Origin: an uncultured bacterium
Lineage (GTDB): Bacteria; Vulcanimicrobiota; Xenobia; Xenobiales; Xenobiaceae
Assembly: GCA_934621605.1 (NCBI GenBank)
Contig: CAKTUZ010000012.1
Span: 12,074-76,073 of the forward strand
Length of the DNA stretch: 64,000 bases
Reading direction: 5' to 3'
The notes under the pieces: generated by a model
The model's input: the letters and a program-made list of their open reading frames with translations, nothing else
The model's database searches: none
Told to the model about the DNA's origin: nothing
Made by a program: the position numbers and the translations under genes
Shown: positions 28,946 through 38,584 of the stretch, one piece after another
How positions within the stretch are numbered: position 1 is the stretch's first letter
Layout of the letters: each line of letters opens with the position of its first letter

Positions 28946-29827
28946 CTATTTTGACAATTCTTTTAATCTGGTTTTTGCACCAACATGCCATTTTTTGGCA
29001 GCTAATCCATACCATTTTTTGGCTTCATTGATGTTTTTCTTAACACCATCACCTTTGTAATAAAGCTCACCTAAAAGAAACTGTGCTTCAGCTGTATCAT
29101 CGCAAAAATCATCATCCCGAGCTTCAGCAACTTCACGCCATAGTCTTCTAGCTTCTGTTTTATTCTGGTCTACAAAAATACCATAGTAAAAGCATTTACC
29201 TAATACAAATTTGTATTCTGGAAATTGGTCACCATATTCACTATAATTTCTAATTATTTCATTAAACCATTTTCTAGATTCTTCTAGGTCTTGTTCTACA
29301 ACATGACCATACCAATAGCATTTGCATAACATAAATTGAGCATCTGCATGATGCAATTCAGGAGGATAACGTCCCTCTAAGTTACCTCTACCAAGAAACA
29401 CCCCTTCCTCAGCAGCTCTGCGATACCACTCGAGAGCTTCTGCCGTATCTTGCTTAACACCATCGCCTTTCCAGTACATTTCAGCTAACTTAAATTGCGC
29501 ATCAGCAACGGTTTGCCCCTTCGTTCCAATATGCTCTTTCGCGGCCTTACGATACCACTTTAGAGCCTTGCCTTTATCTTGTGGCACATACCAACCTTTA
29601 AAATGCCCCTTAGAATAAATATCACCAAGCATAACCATGGCAAAAACTTCGCCATTTTCAGCTGCTTTACTAATTTTACTCACACTTGTATAGTTCTGGA
29701 GTACACATCCCATACAAGCTTTTGCTTCATCATTGCCTATAGTTGCACTGAATATAACACAAAAAGTTGTTACAGCTGATATAGCAATAACCTTTAAAAC
29801 TGTTTTAAGTATATGACTTTGAAACAC
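28946..29827 (-). CDS. Sel1-repeat secreted protein.
   Basis: Signal peptide, then Sel1 units (KALKWYRKAAKEH, EALEWYRRAAEEG). Confidence 0.8.
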   Translation of the reverse strand: MFQSHILKTVLKVIAISAVTTFCVIFSATIGNDEAKACMGCVLQNYTSVSKISKAAENGEVFAMVMLGDIYSKGHFKGWYVPQDKGKALKWYRKAAKEHIGTKGQTVADAQFKLAEMYWKGDGVKQDTAEALEWYRRAAEEGVFLGRGNLEGRYPPELHHADAQFMLCKCYWYGHVVEQDLEESRKWFNEIIRNYSEYGDQFPEYKFVLGKCFYYGIFVDQNKTEARRLWREVAEARDDDFCDDTAEAQFLLGELYYKGDGVKKNINEAKKWYGLAAKKWHVGAKTRLKELSK

Positions 29828-29902
29828 TAGTTAACTCCTTTATTTTTATTTGCTGCCCTGATTCAAACTAGTTAGTAACATGCTTGTCAAAATAAGTGAC
29901 AA

Positions 29903-31537
29903 CTAATTAGTAATAGTGCAAAATGGACGACCCCTTCTCAATTTTTCGTGATTTCCGTTACATTTTATTTTGTAGCTATTATTGTCATAAGATATAGAAT
30001 ACTGACTATCGTTAGTCGGACAAGTTAACATATTATTGCTTATATAAGTGGGTGTGAGAGCTGATAAATTGTAAGGGTAATTTCCATTACTATTGCGATA
30101 CAGTTCACAAGCAGCAGCTAATTCTTTTAAATTACTAACACATTTTTCATAGTCGTAAATTTGTCTCTGCATTACTTTACCTTCAGCAGATCCTGTTTGA
30201 GACATCAAGCTAAAAGCTTCCAAAGCCGACTTTTTATCTTCAAATTTATTATAAAGTAAACATCCCAACCTAGACATTGCCTCAATATTGCCAAGATTAG
30301 CAGCCTTGATAAAATATGAGACAGCCTGTTCAAGGGAATATCTGGAATTTATGAACTTTCCACCGTCATACGTATTTTCGTAACCTTGTGCTATCTTGAA
30401 AAATAATTCTTCTTTCTTGAACATTGGATCTTCATAACAACCAAGTTCTGAAGCCATTTCCCATGCACCAACTGCATTAAATTCAGAACGACTATCATGG
30501 TAATGCTCACCAAGTATATAACATACATTACCATCTAAATAATCACTCGTTTTAGATTGTTCATATGCTTGTTTAAACAGCGCTATAGATTTATCATAAT
30601 CCTTTTTAACACCATCTCCATAGTAAAAATACCACCCCAACCCAATTTTCGCATCACAGTCACCTTGGTTTGCTTTTTGAATATAAAAGCGCATAACGTC
30701 AGTAGTTAGTCCAGCCTCACTAGCCATTTGAAGATAAACACGTCCCAATTTTTTATTTTTTTTGACACCATTTCCCTCAAAATAGCAACGTCCCAAATAC
30801 AATTGCGATTCAGCATCCAAATGTACAGCCGTTTCAGCAATTGATTTAGCTTTTTTTACCTCATTATTTTCTTCATAAGAGCAAGCTATAGCAGATAATT
30901 CATCATTTTCTTCCCAAACTGCCTGGTTAAAAAATCCATCTCCACTGTATGTCAATGTCATATTGTCACCAATATCGGAAGCTTGGCTATTACTGTCCTG
31001 ATTTACAGTAGTAGAGCTACTATTGTCTTTACTTGTTTCAGCGGCAGAATTTTCTTCGTTAGTTTTATTCTCTACGGCAGAGTTATTGTCAGAACTATTA
31101 TCTTCATTGCTCTGGCTTTCTGCTGCCGGAGTGCTGTCATCAGAGGATGTGCTTGGCTCTTGATATTGAATAGTCGTTGTAGGAGTATCCTTATGTTTGC
31201 CTCCGTCAGCTTCTTGCTTAAGCTTATGACTAACAACAGATACTGCTATGGCAAAAATAACAGAAACTACGATTATAATATTTTTAGCACTAGGATTTTT
31301 AACTTTGCTGGCCAGAGAAAACCCAGCGGTAACTATAGCTATCGCTGCTATAGGCCAGAAATATACAGTAATCCAAGTAGCAATGAAGGCAAAAATTGCA
31401 CAGCCAATAATTTCTTCTTTAAGTGCCTTCATTAAGTTTATATATATAACATTGAAGCATTTATGATAAACAACGAAGCCTAAGATCATGTAAAACAGAA
31501 AAATTACAAGACAGACACCACTCATAGCTTGAGACAT
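29903..31537 (-). CDS. Multidomain membrane protein with N-terminal TM segments (KVKNPSAKN motif), a Ser/Asn/Asp-rich linker, Sel1 repeats and a C-terminal GspG-like domain.
   Basis: C-terminus ACELYRNSNGNYPYNLSALTPTYISNNMLTCPTND...KCNGNH. Sel1 units LYLGRCYFEGNGVKKN. Confidence 0.75.
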   Translation of the reverse strand: MSQAMSGVCLVIFLFYMILGFVVYHKCFNVIYINLMKALKEEIIGCAIFAFIATWITVYFWPIAAIAIVTAGFSLASKVKNPSAKNIIIVVSVIFAIAVSVVSHKLKQEADGGKHKDTPTTTIQYQEPSTSSDDSTPAAESQSNEDNSSDNNSAVENKTNEENSAAETSKDNSSSTTVNQDSNSQASDIGDNMTLTYSGDGFFNQAVWEENDELSAIACSYEENNEVKKAKSIAETAVHLDAESQLYLGRCYFEGNGVKKNKKLGRVYLQMASEAGLTTDVMRFYIQKANQGDCDAKIGLGWYFYYGDGVKKDYDKSIALFKQAYEQSKTSDYLDGNVCYILGEHYHDSRSEFNAVGAWEMASELGCYEDPMFKKEELFFKIAQGYENTYDGGKFINSRYSLEQAVSYFIKAANLGNIEAMSRLGCLLYNKFEDKKSALEAFSLMSQTGSAEGKVMQRQIYDYEKCVSNLKELAAACELYRNSNGNYPYNLSALTPTYISNNMLTCPTNDSQYSISYDNNSYKIKCNGNHEKLRRGRPFCTITN

Positions 31538-31875
31538 TTCATACTCTCCATCCTCACAACAAACTTTTTATTATCTAATGATCAATTTGAGGATACGCTG
31601 TTTTCCCTAAAAATCGCAGTTTGTCTAATATTGAGCCATAAAGTCACTACTAATTATTTAATAATAATTATCAATATAAGCAAAAATTGATATAGAAACT
31701 ATATGCCCTATTTTGCCGTAAAAACGCATTTATTAGATTGTATTATGTTAAATTTGTAATATTTAAATTAAATAGTAGGAAAAACTAAAAGATCCTCAAA
31801 TTGATCATTAGAGGATCCACTTTAACCTTTTGCGGTATTACTTAGTGCCAGTAGCTTTTTCAATTCCAGTTTAAA

Positions 31876-32925
31876 CTATCGCAAATTACGATCTGCCATT
31901 AAAGTGTTAGCCTTGTGTATGGATTTAGAAATGGCCACTTTATTGATCGTATTGATACCATCTTCACGCTCACTTTTAATTACAAGTTCTACTTTACACA
32001 TATTGTATAATAGACCAACCAAAAGCACGGTATTTTCAATAGCTAGGCGTTCGTGCTCAGTGTAATTATTCCAATCTGTACGGCCAGTATTAACTAAGTG
32101 CTCAAGAGTACTTAAATGTTTTTTATATATGTTCTTCACCTCTACTAAGGTACGGAGATACTCATCGCTAGTTTGGCGCAAATCAATTAAATAATCGCAA
32201 ATTTTATTGATTTTTTCTTCAGCTCTAAGCATTTGTGAGTAGGCTTCGTCAGCTTTATCACACATTTGGTCGCCGCTAAAAGCAAAAATTATGCCGCCAA
32301 CCAGTAATCCTACGCCTAAAGTAGCACCTCCCAAAACGGCAGTGCCTAAGGCCATTCCGCCTCCTCCAGCTGTCAAAGAACCACCGCCTAAAAATGCTAA
32401 AATGGCATTAGTGGCCGCCGCACCGCTCAATCCGGAAATGGCCGTACCAGTAGAAGCAACACCTACGGCTGTAACCGCTGCCGTAGTGGCACCAGAAGCG
32501 GCAACAGCTCCCGCAGTACCTACTGCTGCTCCACCTAAGCCACCTAAAATAACTCCAGCTCCCACTGAAACTTTCTTTAAATCTTCCCGATTATATTTGG
32601 GCAAATCTAAATTATTTCGCTCGTAAGTAGCAAAATGAGGTCTGTTTTTGATCTGTTCAAAAAGATCGGAAAATTTTTCAAAGCTTTGAAGAATGTGCAA
32701 TTCCAATTTGCCCAGTTTATCCATACGCTCATTGGTAGCTGTGCTTTCATTCTTAAAACGCCGCTCATTATTTTCGTGACGAGCTTTAGCGCTTTGCATA
32801 GTATCATTGGCTTCCTTCATTTTAGAAGCGCCATGTATGGCAGCTCCAGCTCCGACAACTCCGGCAGTAGCCGCAGCACCTCCAAGAAGCCAGGGAACAG
32901 CTGCAACAAGAAATGGCAAGGGCAT
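31876..32925 (-). CDS. Glycine-zipper membrane protein.
   Basis: Two long GxxxG/AxxxG tracts (VGAGVILGGLGGAAVGTAGAVAASGA...GGGGMALGTAVLGGATLGVGLLVGGIIFAF), then a helical C-terminal region. RBS AAAGGAG. Confidence 0.65.
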   Translation of the reverse strand: MPLPFLVAAVPWLLGGAAATAGVVGAGAAIHGASKMKEANDTMQSAKARHENNERRFKNESTATNERMDKLGKLELHILQSFEKFSDLFEQIKNRPHFATYERNNLDLPKYNREDLKKVSVGAGVILGGLGGAAVGTAGAVAASGATTAAVTAVGVASTGTAISGLSGAAATNAILAFLGGGSLTAGGGGMALGTAVLGGATLGVGLLVGGIIFAFSGDQMCDKADEAYSQMLRAEEKINKICDYLIDLRQTSDEYLRTLVEVKNIYKKHLSTLEHLVNTGRTDWNNYTEHERLAIENTVLLVGLLYNMCKVELVIKSEREDGINTINKVAISKSIHKANTLMADRNLR

Positions 32926-33020
32926 AGAATTTACTCCTTTAAATTCGGTTACTTTAGTTTTACCATAATATTAACAAATATTAAATTCACTAAAAATGGT
33001 ACTTATCTATTTATGTGGAG

Positions 33021-33281
33021 TTATGTGCAAGCCTTTTTAACTCGTTTTAACTCTCGACAGCTCTGATAGTTTATTTTCAAATATTCATCATAACTTAAAA
33101 TCTCTTTGAAAAATGCCTCGTAGCATTCATCAACTCGACATAGCAGCGGCCTTTGTTCATAAATAGAACACAAATTGCCGTCTAGATATTTGCATATTCC
33201 GTCTCCGGTATGCAATTTTGCATATAACGGTGAGCGGCTTAAATTTCGACAACATAGGCCACAGCGATCACACTTGAACAT
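33021..33281 (-). CDS. YkgJ-family cysteine-cluster (CxxCxxCC) protein.
   Basis: MFKCDRCGLCCRNL...CSIYEQRPLLCR. The ATG lies 1 nt after the upstream gene's stop, suggesting coupling. Confidence 0.65.
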   Translation of the reverse strand: MFKCDRCGLCCRNLSRSPLYAKLHTGDGICKYLDGNLCSIYEQRPLLCRVDECYEAFFKEILSYDEYLKINYQSCRELKRVKKACT

Positions 33282-33282
33282 C

Positions 33283-34569
33283 TTAGCAAAACTCCAAGCG
33301 AGAAGATTTATCTTGCATAAAGCTATTAAAGCTTCCCTGATAAGGCAAAGGAATGCCCAAATTGTGATACTCATTTTTTAATATGCTAGTTAAATCGGCT
33401 TCACTGCTGGCACAATTTATACGTTCAAGCAATTGTTTATAAGCGCTTGTTTCTTGCTTAAACCGTTCATAATCTATCTTTTCAAGTTCGGAAAGATATT
33501 CATCTAACGCCTCATTTATTCTAATATAAGCGTCCAACTGTTTTTGTAACGGAAGACTAATTCCTGAACGGATACAAATTTCCTTAAGGACCAATAATGA
33601 AAATTTGTACCAAGCAATTAAATTCAAACGCAAAAAGAAAGCTAAGCAATTGCCACCAGAGCGTATGTAAGCGTCAGCTCCATCCATTAAACATAAAGTT
33701 CCCTGGCCAATAAGCAACATGATACGCAAGTCATCATGTTGTATACTAGGAATACATTCTTTTAATGGTCTTTTATGATAAAAGTAATGCTTAAGTGCCC
33801 AAATAAGCTTTATAGATAAATCGCACAGAACTACGGGAACGGCCATAGTCAGTCCCCATCTGGCATCGTATCCGGCTTGGAAAACTTTTGTAGCTAAAGT
33901 AGCTAAAGTGTTCCTATCTTGACCTACTTGAAAAGAACCAAAATCGCAAAGTTGAAATAATTCATAAAAAGGAATAACTACACCGCTACCGCGTCCACCC
34001 TGCCCAACGGAACCAGAACTGCCGGCTATATCAGACATAATATGTCCAAGCCAATTGACAAAGCCGCAAAATAATTTAGAGACAAAATTGCTGCCTCTAA
34101 GCTCAAAAGTATCAGTTTTTATAGTTATAAGCTTGCCATCACTCAAAAAAGTGGAAGTTGAAGTAAACTGGTTAAGTATAGAGAAGAATAATCCCACAAT
34201 ATCTGGCGAATGGGCCAGCGATTTCATGTGGTGATTTTTGGAAGACATATTTAAGGCTCCACCCACATCAGCCGTATGTCTTTGGTCGTAATTTACCGGA
34301 AATTTTTTCTCTAAAAATCCTATAGCGCTAGCTTCTTTGCCATTATCTTTCCAACCGCACATTTTGGCAAAGCCCATAACCGCTTTGTCAACTTGGCTAT
34401 CGGTCCAAGTTTGGAGTTTGCTATCACCGGGCGCTCCCACTAAAAATACATCTATTAGGCCCGCTACAGCACCACAGCCAACAGCAACTAAATAATCATA
34501 TCTATCACATTTATCTTGATAGAAGAAAGGTTTAACTGATGTTTTGTTAATTAAATCGCCGATATCCAC
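33283..34569 (-). CDS. Hypothetical protein of 428 aa, not recognised, with a Gly/Ser-rich segment GSSGSVGQGGRGSG.
   Basis: Long ORF cotranscribed between RhuM and YkgJ. Confidence 0.6.
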   Translation of the reverse strand: MDIGDLINKTSVKPFFYQDKCDRYDYLVAVGCGAVAGLIDVFLVGAPGDSKLQTWTDSQVDKAVMGFAKMCGWKDNGKEASAIGFLEKKFPVNYDQRHTADVGGALNMSSKNHHMKSLAHSPDIVGLFFSILNQFTSTSTFLSDGKLITIKTDTFELRGSNFVSKLFCGFVNWLGHIMSDIAGSSGSVGQGGRGSGVVIPFYELFQLCDFGSFQVGQDRNTLATLATKVFQAGYDARWGLTMAVPVVLCDLSIKLIWALKHYFYHKRPLKECIPSIQHDDLRIMLLIGQGTLCLMDGADAYIRSGGNCLAFFLRLNLIAWYKFSLLVLKEICIRSGISLPLQKQLDAYIRINEALDEYLSELEKIDYERFKQETSAYKQLLERINCASSEADLTSILKNEYHNLGIPLPYQGSFNSFMQDKSSRLEFC

Positions 34570-34623
34570 TGTTAATTTCCAAAAACTAAATATATAATCC
34601 TATAATAAAGGGAATATGATATG

Positions 34624-35652
34624 TTAGTCGTGTTTTTCTTTCGTGCTGGCGACAAGACGGTCAAAATCACTTTGATACAAACGATCTTGAATGACACGAT
34701 ACTGCTCAAATTCACTTTCCGCAAAAGCTTTTGCGATTGCGGCTGTGACTTCACCCTTGTTTTGTAAGACTTCTGCATCGTTGAATTGCAGGAACGAATC
34801 CAGTTTGGAAGCCCAATCTGCCATCGTCATGGGAATATGCCGCCGTGCCTGTCTTGTAGCGTAGTCCAAATACATTGTAACGATCTCGTTAAGCTCCTGC
34901 ATTTCACCTTTGGATAAGTAATTCTTTGCAATCGACACATCTGCTTTTACGATTTTTCCATTAGGAGCATTGCGCCATGAGGTTAATCCCATATGTTCTT
35001 TTGCGTGGTCTGCTCTTGCTACAATGACCTCCGCTGCGGTATTTCCATGGACGGCATAATGCATCTTATTTTGCACTGTAGCAAAGAAATCTTTCGTAAT
35101 TTGGCTATCAAAGGAATAATCGATGGCAGTAGCATAGATGTCTGTAATCTTTTGATAGAAACGACGCTCACTGGCTCGAATCTCTTGTATCTCAGAAATT
35201 AAGTGATTAAAATAATCTTCATCGAAAATTTGACCGTTAATTAATCTGCTCTTATCTAAAACATACCCTTGCTTCGCAAAGGTATCCAGCACTTTTGTTG
35301 CCCACTGCCTGAATTGTGTTGCCCTGCCAGAGTTGACACGGTAACCAACGGCAATTATGGCAGATAGCGAATAAAACTTATATTGATATGTTTTTCCGTT
35401 ATCCGCAACTTGTGCAAAATTTGCACAAGTTGATTCCTCGGACAATTCGCCGCTTTCATAGATGTTTTTCAAATGTCTTGTGACAACACTTCTATCTATA
35501 TCGAAAAGCTGTCCAATTACTTTTTGTGTCAGCCACACATCGTGATTCTGAACACGAACTTCAATACCATCCTCGTGGGCATCCTTTGTAAATATAAGAA
35601 AATCCACCGTACTGTTTCGGATCTGCAATTTTGTATTCTTATTTTCAGCCAT
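34624..35652 (-). CDS. RhuM-family (Fic/DOC-related virulence protein RhuM) protein.
   Basis: N-terminal region MAENKNT...IRNSTVDFLIFTKDAHEDGIEVRVQNHDVWLTQKVIGQLFDIDRSVVTRHLKNIY is characteristic of RhuM. Confidence 0.75.
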   Translation of the reverse strand: MAENKNTKLQIRNSTVDFLIFTKDAHEDGIEVRVQNHDVWLTQKVIGQLFDIDRSVVTRHLKNIYESGELSEESTCANFAQVADNGKTYQYKFYSLSAIIAVGYRVNSGRATQFRQWATKVLDTFAKQGYVLDKSRLINGQIFDEDYFNHLISEIQEIRASERRFYQKITDIYATAIDYSFDSQITKDFFATVQNKMHYAVHGNTAAEVIVARADHAKEHMGLTSWRNAPNGKIVKADVSIAKNYLSKGEMQELNEIVTMYLDYATRQARRHIPMTMADWASKLDSFLQFNDAEVLQNKGEVTAAIAKAFAESEFEQYRVIQDRLYQSDFDRLVASTKEKHD

Positions 35653-35804
35653 TATGTATCACTATCCAAGCATTCCTTATCGGAGCTGTTTTTTCTCGCT
35701 CTGCGATAGAAAAAAACACCTTTAATGTCTTTTCTTATACCAACAATAGCAACACGAGGCCGCAATTGAGGAACGTCATAATCTGAAGCATCACACACAC
35801 TGAG

Positions 35805-36305
35805 CTATTCTTCGCTAATTTCAAAGCCTTCATCATCCAATTCGCAAACAGCTACAGCTTCTTCTGGAGTAAGCTCGCCACTCATAACAGCTGCTATACC
35901 GCCAGCGTACTTGTAGAACATAGCTAAAGGCATGTTGAAGCTATTATCAATCATATCATAAGAGGGCACTTGATCCTCTTCTAAAGGTACGAAAGACTTA
36001 TAGCGTACTTCTCCAGTTGTGTAATCAAGTTCAAAATTGCCAAGCTTTAAACCAAAGTTGGCTCTGGTAATAAATTCGGCCATAGCAGCTAAACATTTAT
36101 CGGCTGGATCGGGATAACTGGCGTAGATATAAAACGAATCACTATCAGCTATCAAATTGTAAAACAGAGTTGGAGCGAATTTAATTGGCGTTTCTAAGTT
36201 AAAATAAAAAATGTTACCGCCTTCGTCACTGTCTTCCAGATTGTATTTCAGTTCTTCTTCATCGAGATAGTTTTTTAAAGCCGCTTCTATTTTTTCTAAA
36301 CTCAT
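35805..36305 (-). CDS. YbjN-domain protein (putative sensory transduction regulator or T3SS-chaperone-like fold).
   Basis: 166-aa acidic protein with a YbjN-like pattern (FYFNLE...FYIYASYPD). Confidence 0.55.
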   Translation of the reverse strand: MSLEKIEAALKNYLDEEELKYNLEDSDEGGNIFYFNLETPIKFAPTLFYNLIADSDSFYIYASYPDPADKCLAAMAEFITRANFGLKLGNFELDYTTGEVRYKSFVPLEEDQVPSYDMIDNSFNMPLAMFYKYAGGIAAVMSGELTPEEAVAVCELDDEGFEISEE

Positions 36306-36457
36306 CTTTTTCTCTATCTTTCCTAATATGCTTTACAACTAAAAATAACAAACGCTGCCACCAGCTTGACTTGTTGATAATATAACATACCTACCAAGCT
36401 GACGACAGCGTCATCTAATCACGAAAGTTACGCCATTACGCCAAGAAGCGTCCGAAC

Positions 36458-38260
36458 CTACTCGTCATCTTTCTTCAGTACAGCTAAGAAGGCTTCTTGC
36501 GGAATATCTACATTACCTATGCGTTTCATGCGCTTCTTACCTTCTTTTTGTTTTTCCAGCAATTTACGCTTACGCGAAATGTCACCACCGTAGCACTTAG
36601 CCAAAACGTTTTTGCGCATAGCTTTGACAGTTTCGCGAGCTAAGATCTTACCGCCTAAACAAGCTTGAATTGGAACTTCAAACATTTGGCGAGGAATAAC
36701 CTCTTTGAGACGTTCGGCTAAATCGCGGCCGGCAGCATAAGCTCGTTCGCGGTGCACAATGATAGAGAGAGCATCCACTTTTTGACCATTAACTAAAATA
36801 TCTAAACGCACCAAATCAGACTGGCGCGAACCACATAACTCGTAGTCAAAGGAAGCGTAGCCCCTAGTTCTGGATTTAAGCTGATCGAAGAAGTCAGTAA
36901 TAATTTCTGACAAAGGCAATTCGTAGTGAATCATAGCCCTTCCTGGAGAGGGATATTCCATATCCATAAAGATACCGCGACGTCCTTGGCAGAGTTCCAT
37001 AATCGGGCCAACATAATCTTCAGGCACAATAATTGTAGCTAAGACAATAGGCTCATCAATAACCATTTGCTGCTCGCCAGCCGGAAAATCGGATGGGTTT
37101 TGAATCAGTTTAATAGAGCCGTCTTTGTTGCGAATAGTGTAGATAACGCTGGGAGCTGTAGCGATAAGATCCAGATTAAACTCGCGTTCTAAGCGCTCTT
37201 GCACAATTTCCATATGTAACAAGCCCAAGAAACCGCAGCGATAACCAAAACCTAAAGCAACTGATGTTTCAGGTTCCCATACCAGAGCAGCATCGTTAAG
37301 TTTAAGCTTGGAAAGAGCGTCTCGTAAATTGTTATAATCCAAAGGATCAATAGGATAAAGACCGCTATAAACCATAGGAACAGCCGGACGATAACCAGGC
37401 AGAGCTTCAGCAGCGCCGTCTTTGGCAAGAGTTAAAGTATCGCCTACTCTGGTTTCTTCAATATTGCGGATCTGAGCCACTAAATAACCTACATCGCCAG
37501 CTTTAAGCACCTCAGCAGGACGAGGACCGGGCGTAAAAATACCAACTTCATCAACTTGATACTCTTTGCTTGTACTCATCATGCGCACTATATCACCTTT
37601 GCGCACCTGACCATCAACTACTCTAAAGAAAGGTACAACACCGCGATATTTATCATAGCGAGAGTCAAAAATCAAAGCTCTTAAAGGTTTATTCAGATCG
37701 CCTTTAGGAGGCGGTATATGTCCTACGATAGCTTCCATAAGCTCATCAATGCCGATATTTTGTTTCGCTGAAACTAAGCATGCGTCTGAAGCTGGCAAAG
37801 CTAAAACTTCTTCAATTTCATGGATTACACGATCGGGATCAGCTGAAGGCAAATCGATCTTATTGATGACCGGTACAACTTCAAGTCCTTGATCTAAAGC
37901 CATTTGATAATTAGCCAGAGTCTGGGCTTCTACTCCTTGAGAAGCATCTACAACTAATAAAGCGCCTTCACAAGCTGCCAAAGAACGGGAAACCTCGTAG
38001 GTAAAATCGACGTGTCCTGGAGTATCAAGCAAATTGAGCTGATAAAGCTCGCCATTTTTGGCAGTATAATACAAAGTTACCGGGTGTGACTTAATAGTAA
38101 TGCCGCGTTCACGCTCTAAGTCCATGGAATCTAATACTTGATCCATCATATCGCGTTTATCTATGGCATTAGTACGCTCTAAAATACGATCAGCCAAAGT
38201 AGACTTACCGTGGTCGATATGGGCAATTATACAAAAATTTCTAACGTGACTCTGATCCAT
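36458..38260 (-). CDS. lepA: Elongation factor 4 (LepA).
   Basis: [20 protein letters not shown]-domain, with the full-length conserved LepA C-terminus. Confidence 0.95.
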   Translation of the reverse strand: MDQSHVRNFCIIAHIDHGKSTLADRILERTNAIDKRDMMDQVLDSMDLERERGITIKSHPVTLYYTAKNGELYQLNLLDTPGHVDFTYEVSRSLAACEGALLVVDASQGVEAQTLANYQMALDQGLEVVPVINKIDLPSADPDRVIHEIEEVLALPASDACLVSAKQNIGIDELMEAIVGHIPPPKGDLNKPLRALIFDSRYDKYRGVVPFFRVVDGQVRKGDIVRMMSTSKEYQVDEVGIFTPGPRPAEVLKAGDVGYLVAQIRNIEETRVGDTLTLAKDGAAEALPGYRPAVPMVYSGLYPIDPLDYNNLRDALSKLKLNDAALVWEPETSVALGFGYRCGFLGLLHMEIVQERLEREFNLDLIATAPSVIYTIRNKDGSIKLIQNPSDFPAGEQQMVIDEPIVLATIIVPEDYVGPIMELCQGRRGIFMDMEYPSPGRAMIHYELPLSEIITDFFDQLKSRTRGYASFDYELCGSRQSDLVRLDILVNGQKVDALSIIVHRERAYAAGRDLAERLKEVIPRQMFEVPIQACLGGKILARETVKAMRKNVLAKCYGGDISRKRKLLEKQKEGKKRMKRIGNVDIPQEAFLAVLKKDDE

Positions 38261-38379
38261 ATAAATTTCTTTTGCTCTATTTTATATTTTTCCTTAAGCT
38301 ACCCTATATTACAAGTGGAAGCAGCATTAAACTTTACCTTAACCTAAGTTAATTTGCAAGTTTCACCTGTTTCTGAAAT

Positions 38380-38432
38380 AAAAAAGCAGCAGATATGTGT
38401 ACCTAAGATACACCACCTGCTACTCTTATACG
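38380..38432 (-). terminator. Imperfect hairpin plus T-run downstream of hup.
   Basis: Minus-strand reading: agcaggtggtgtatcttaggtacacatatctgctgctttttt. Confidence 0.35.
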
Positions 38433-38584
38433 TGTTCTTATCTCATTGACAGGCTCCCCATGACTAAAACCAGAGGAGTCTAGGACAGTAAAAAGACTCT
38501 ATACTTACATCTACCGGTATTTGAAGTGGTAGCTTCCTACTTAAACTTCAACCGCGTTAAATTAAAGCCAAGCCTTGCAAAACT

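Noticed and set aside
32291-33066. Plus-strand ORFs (PPTSNPTPKVAPPK... and others) over the glycine-zipper gene.
   Set aside because: They are antisense translation of GC-rich Gly/Ala codons, giving a Pro/Ala-rich artefact.
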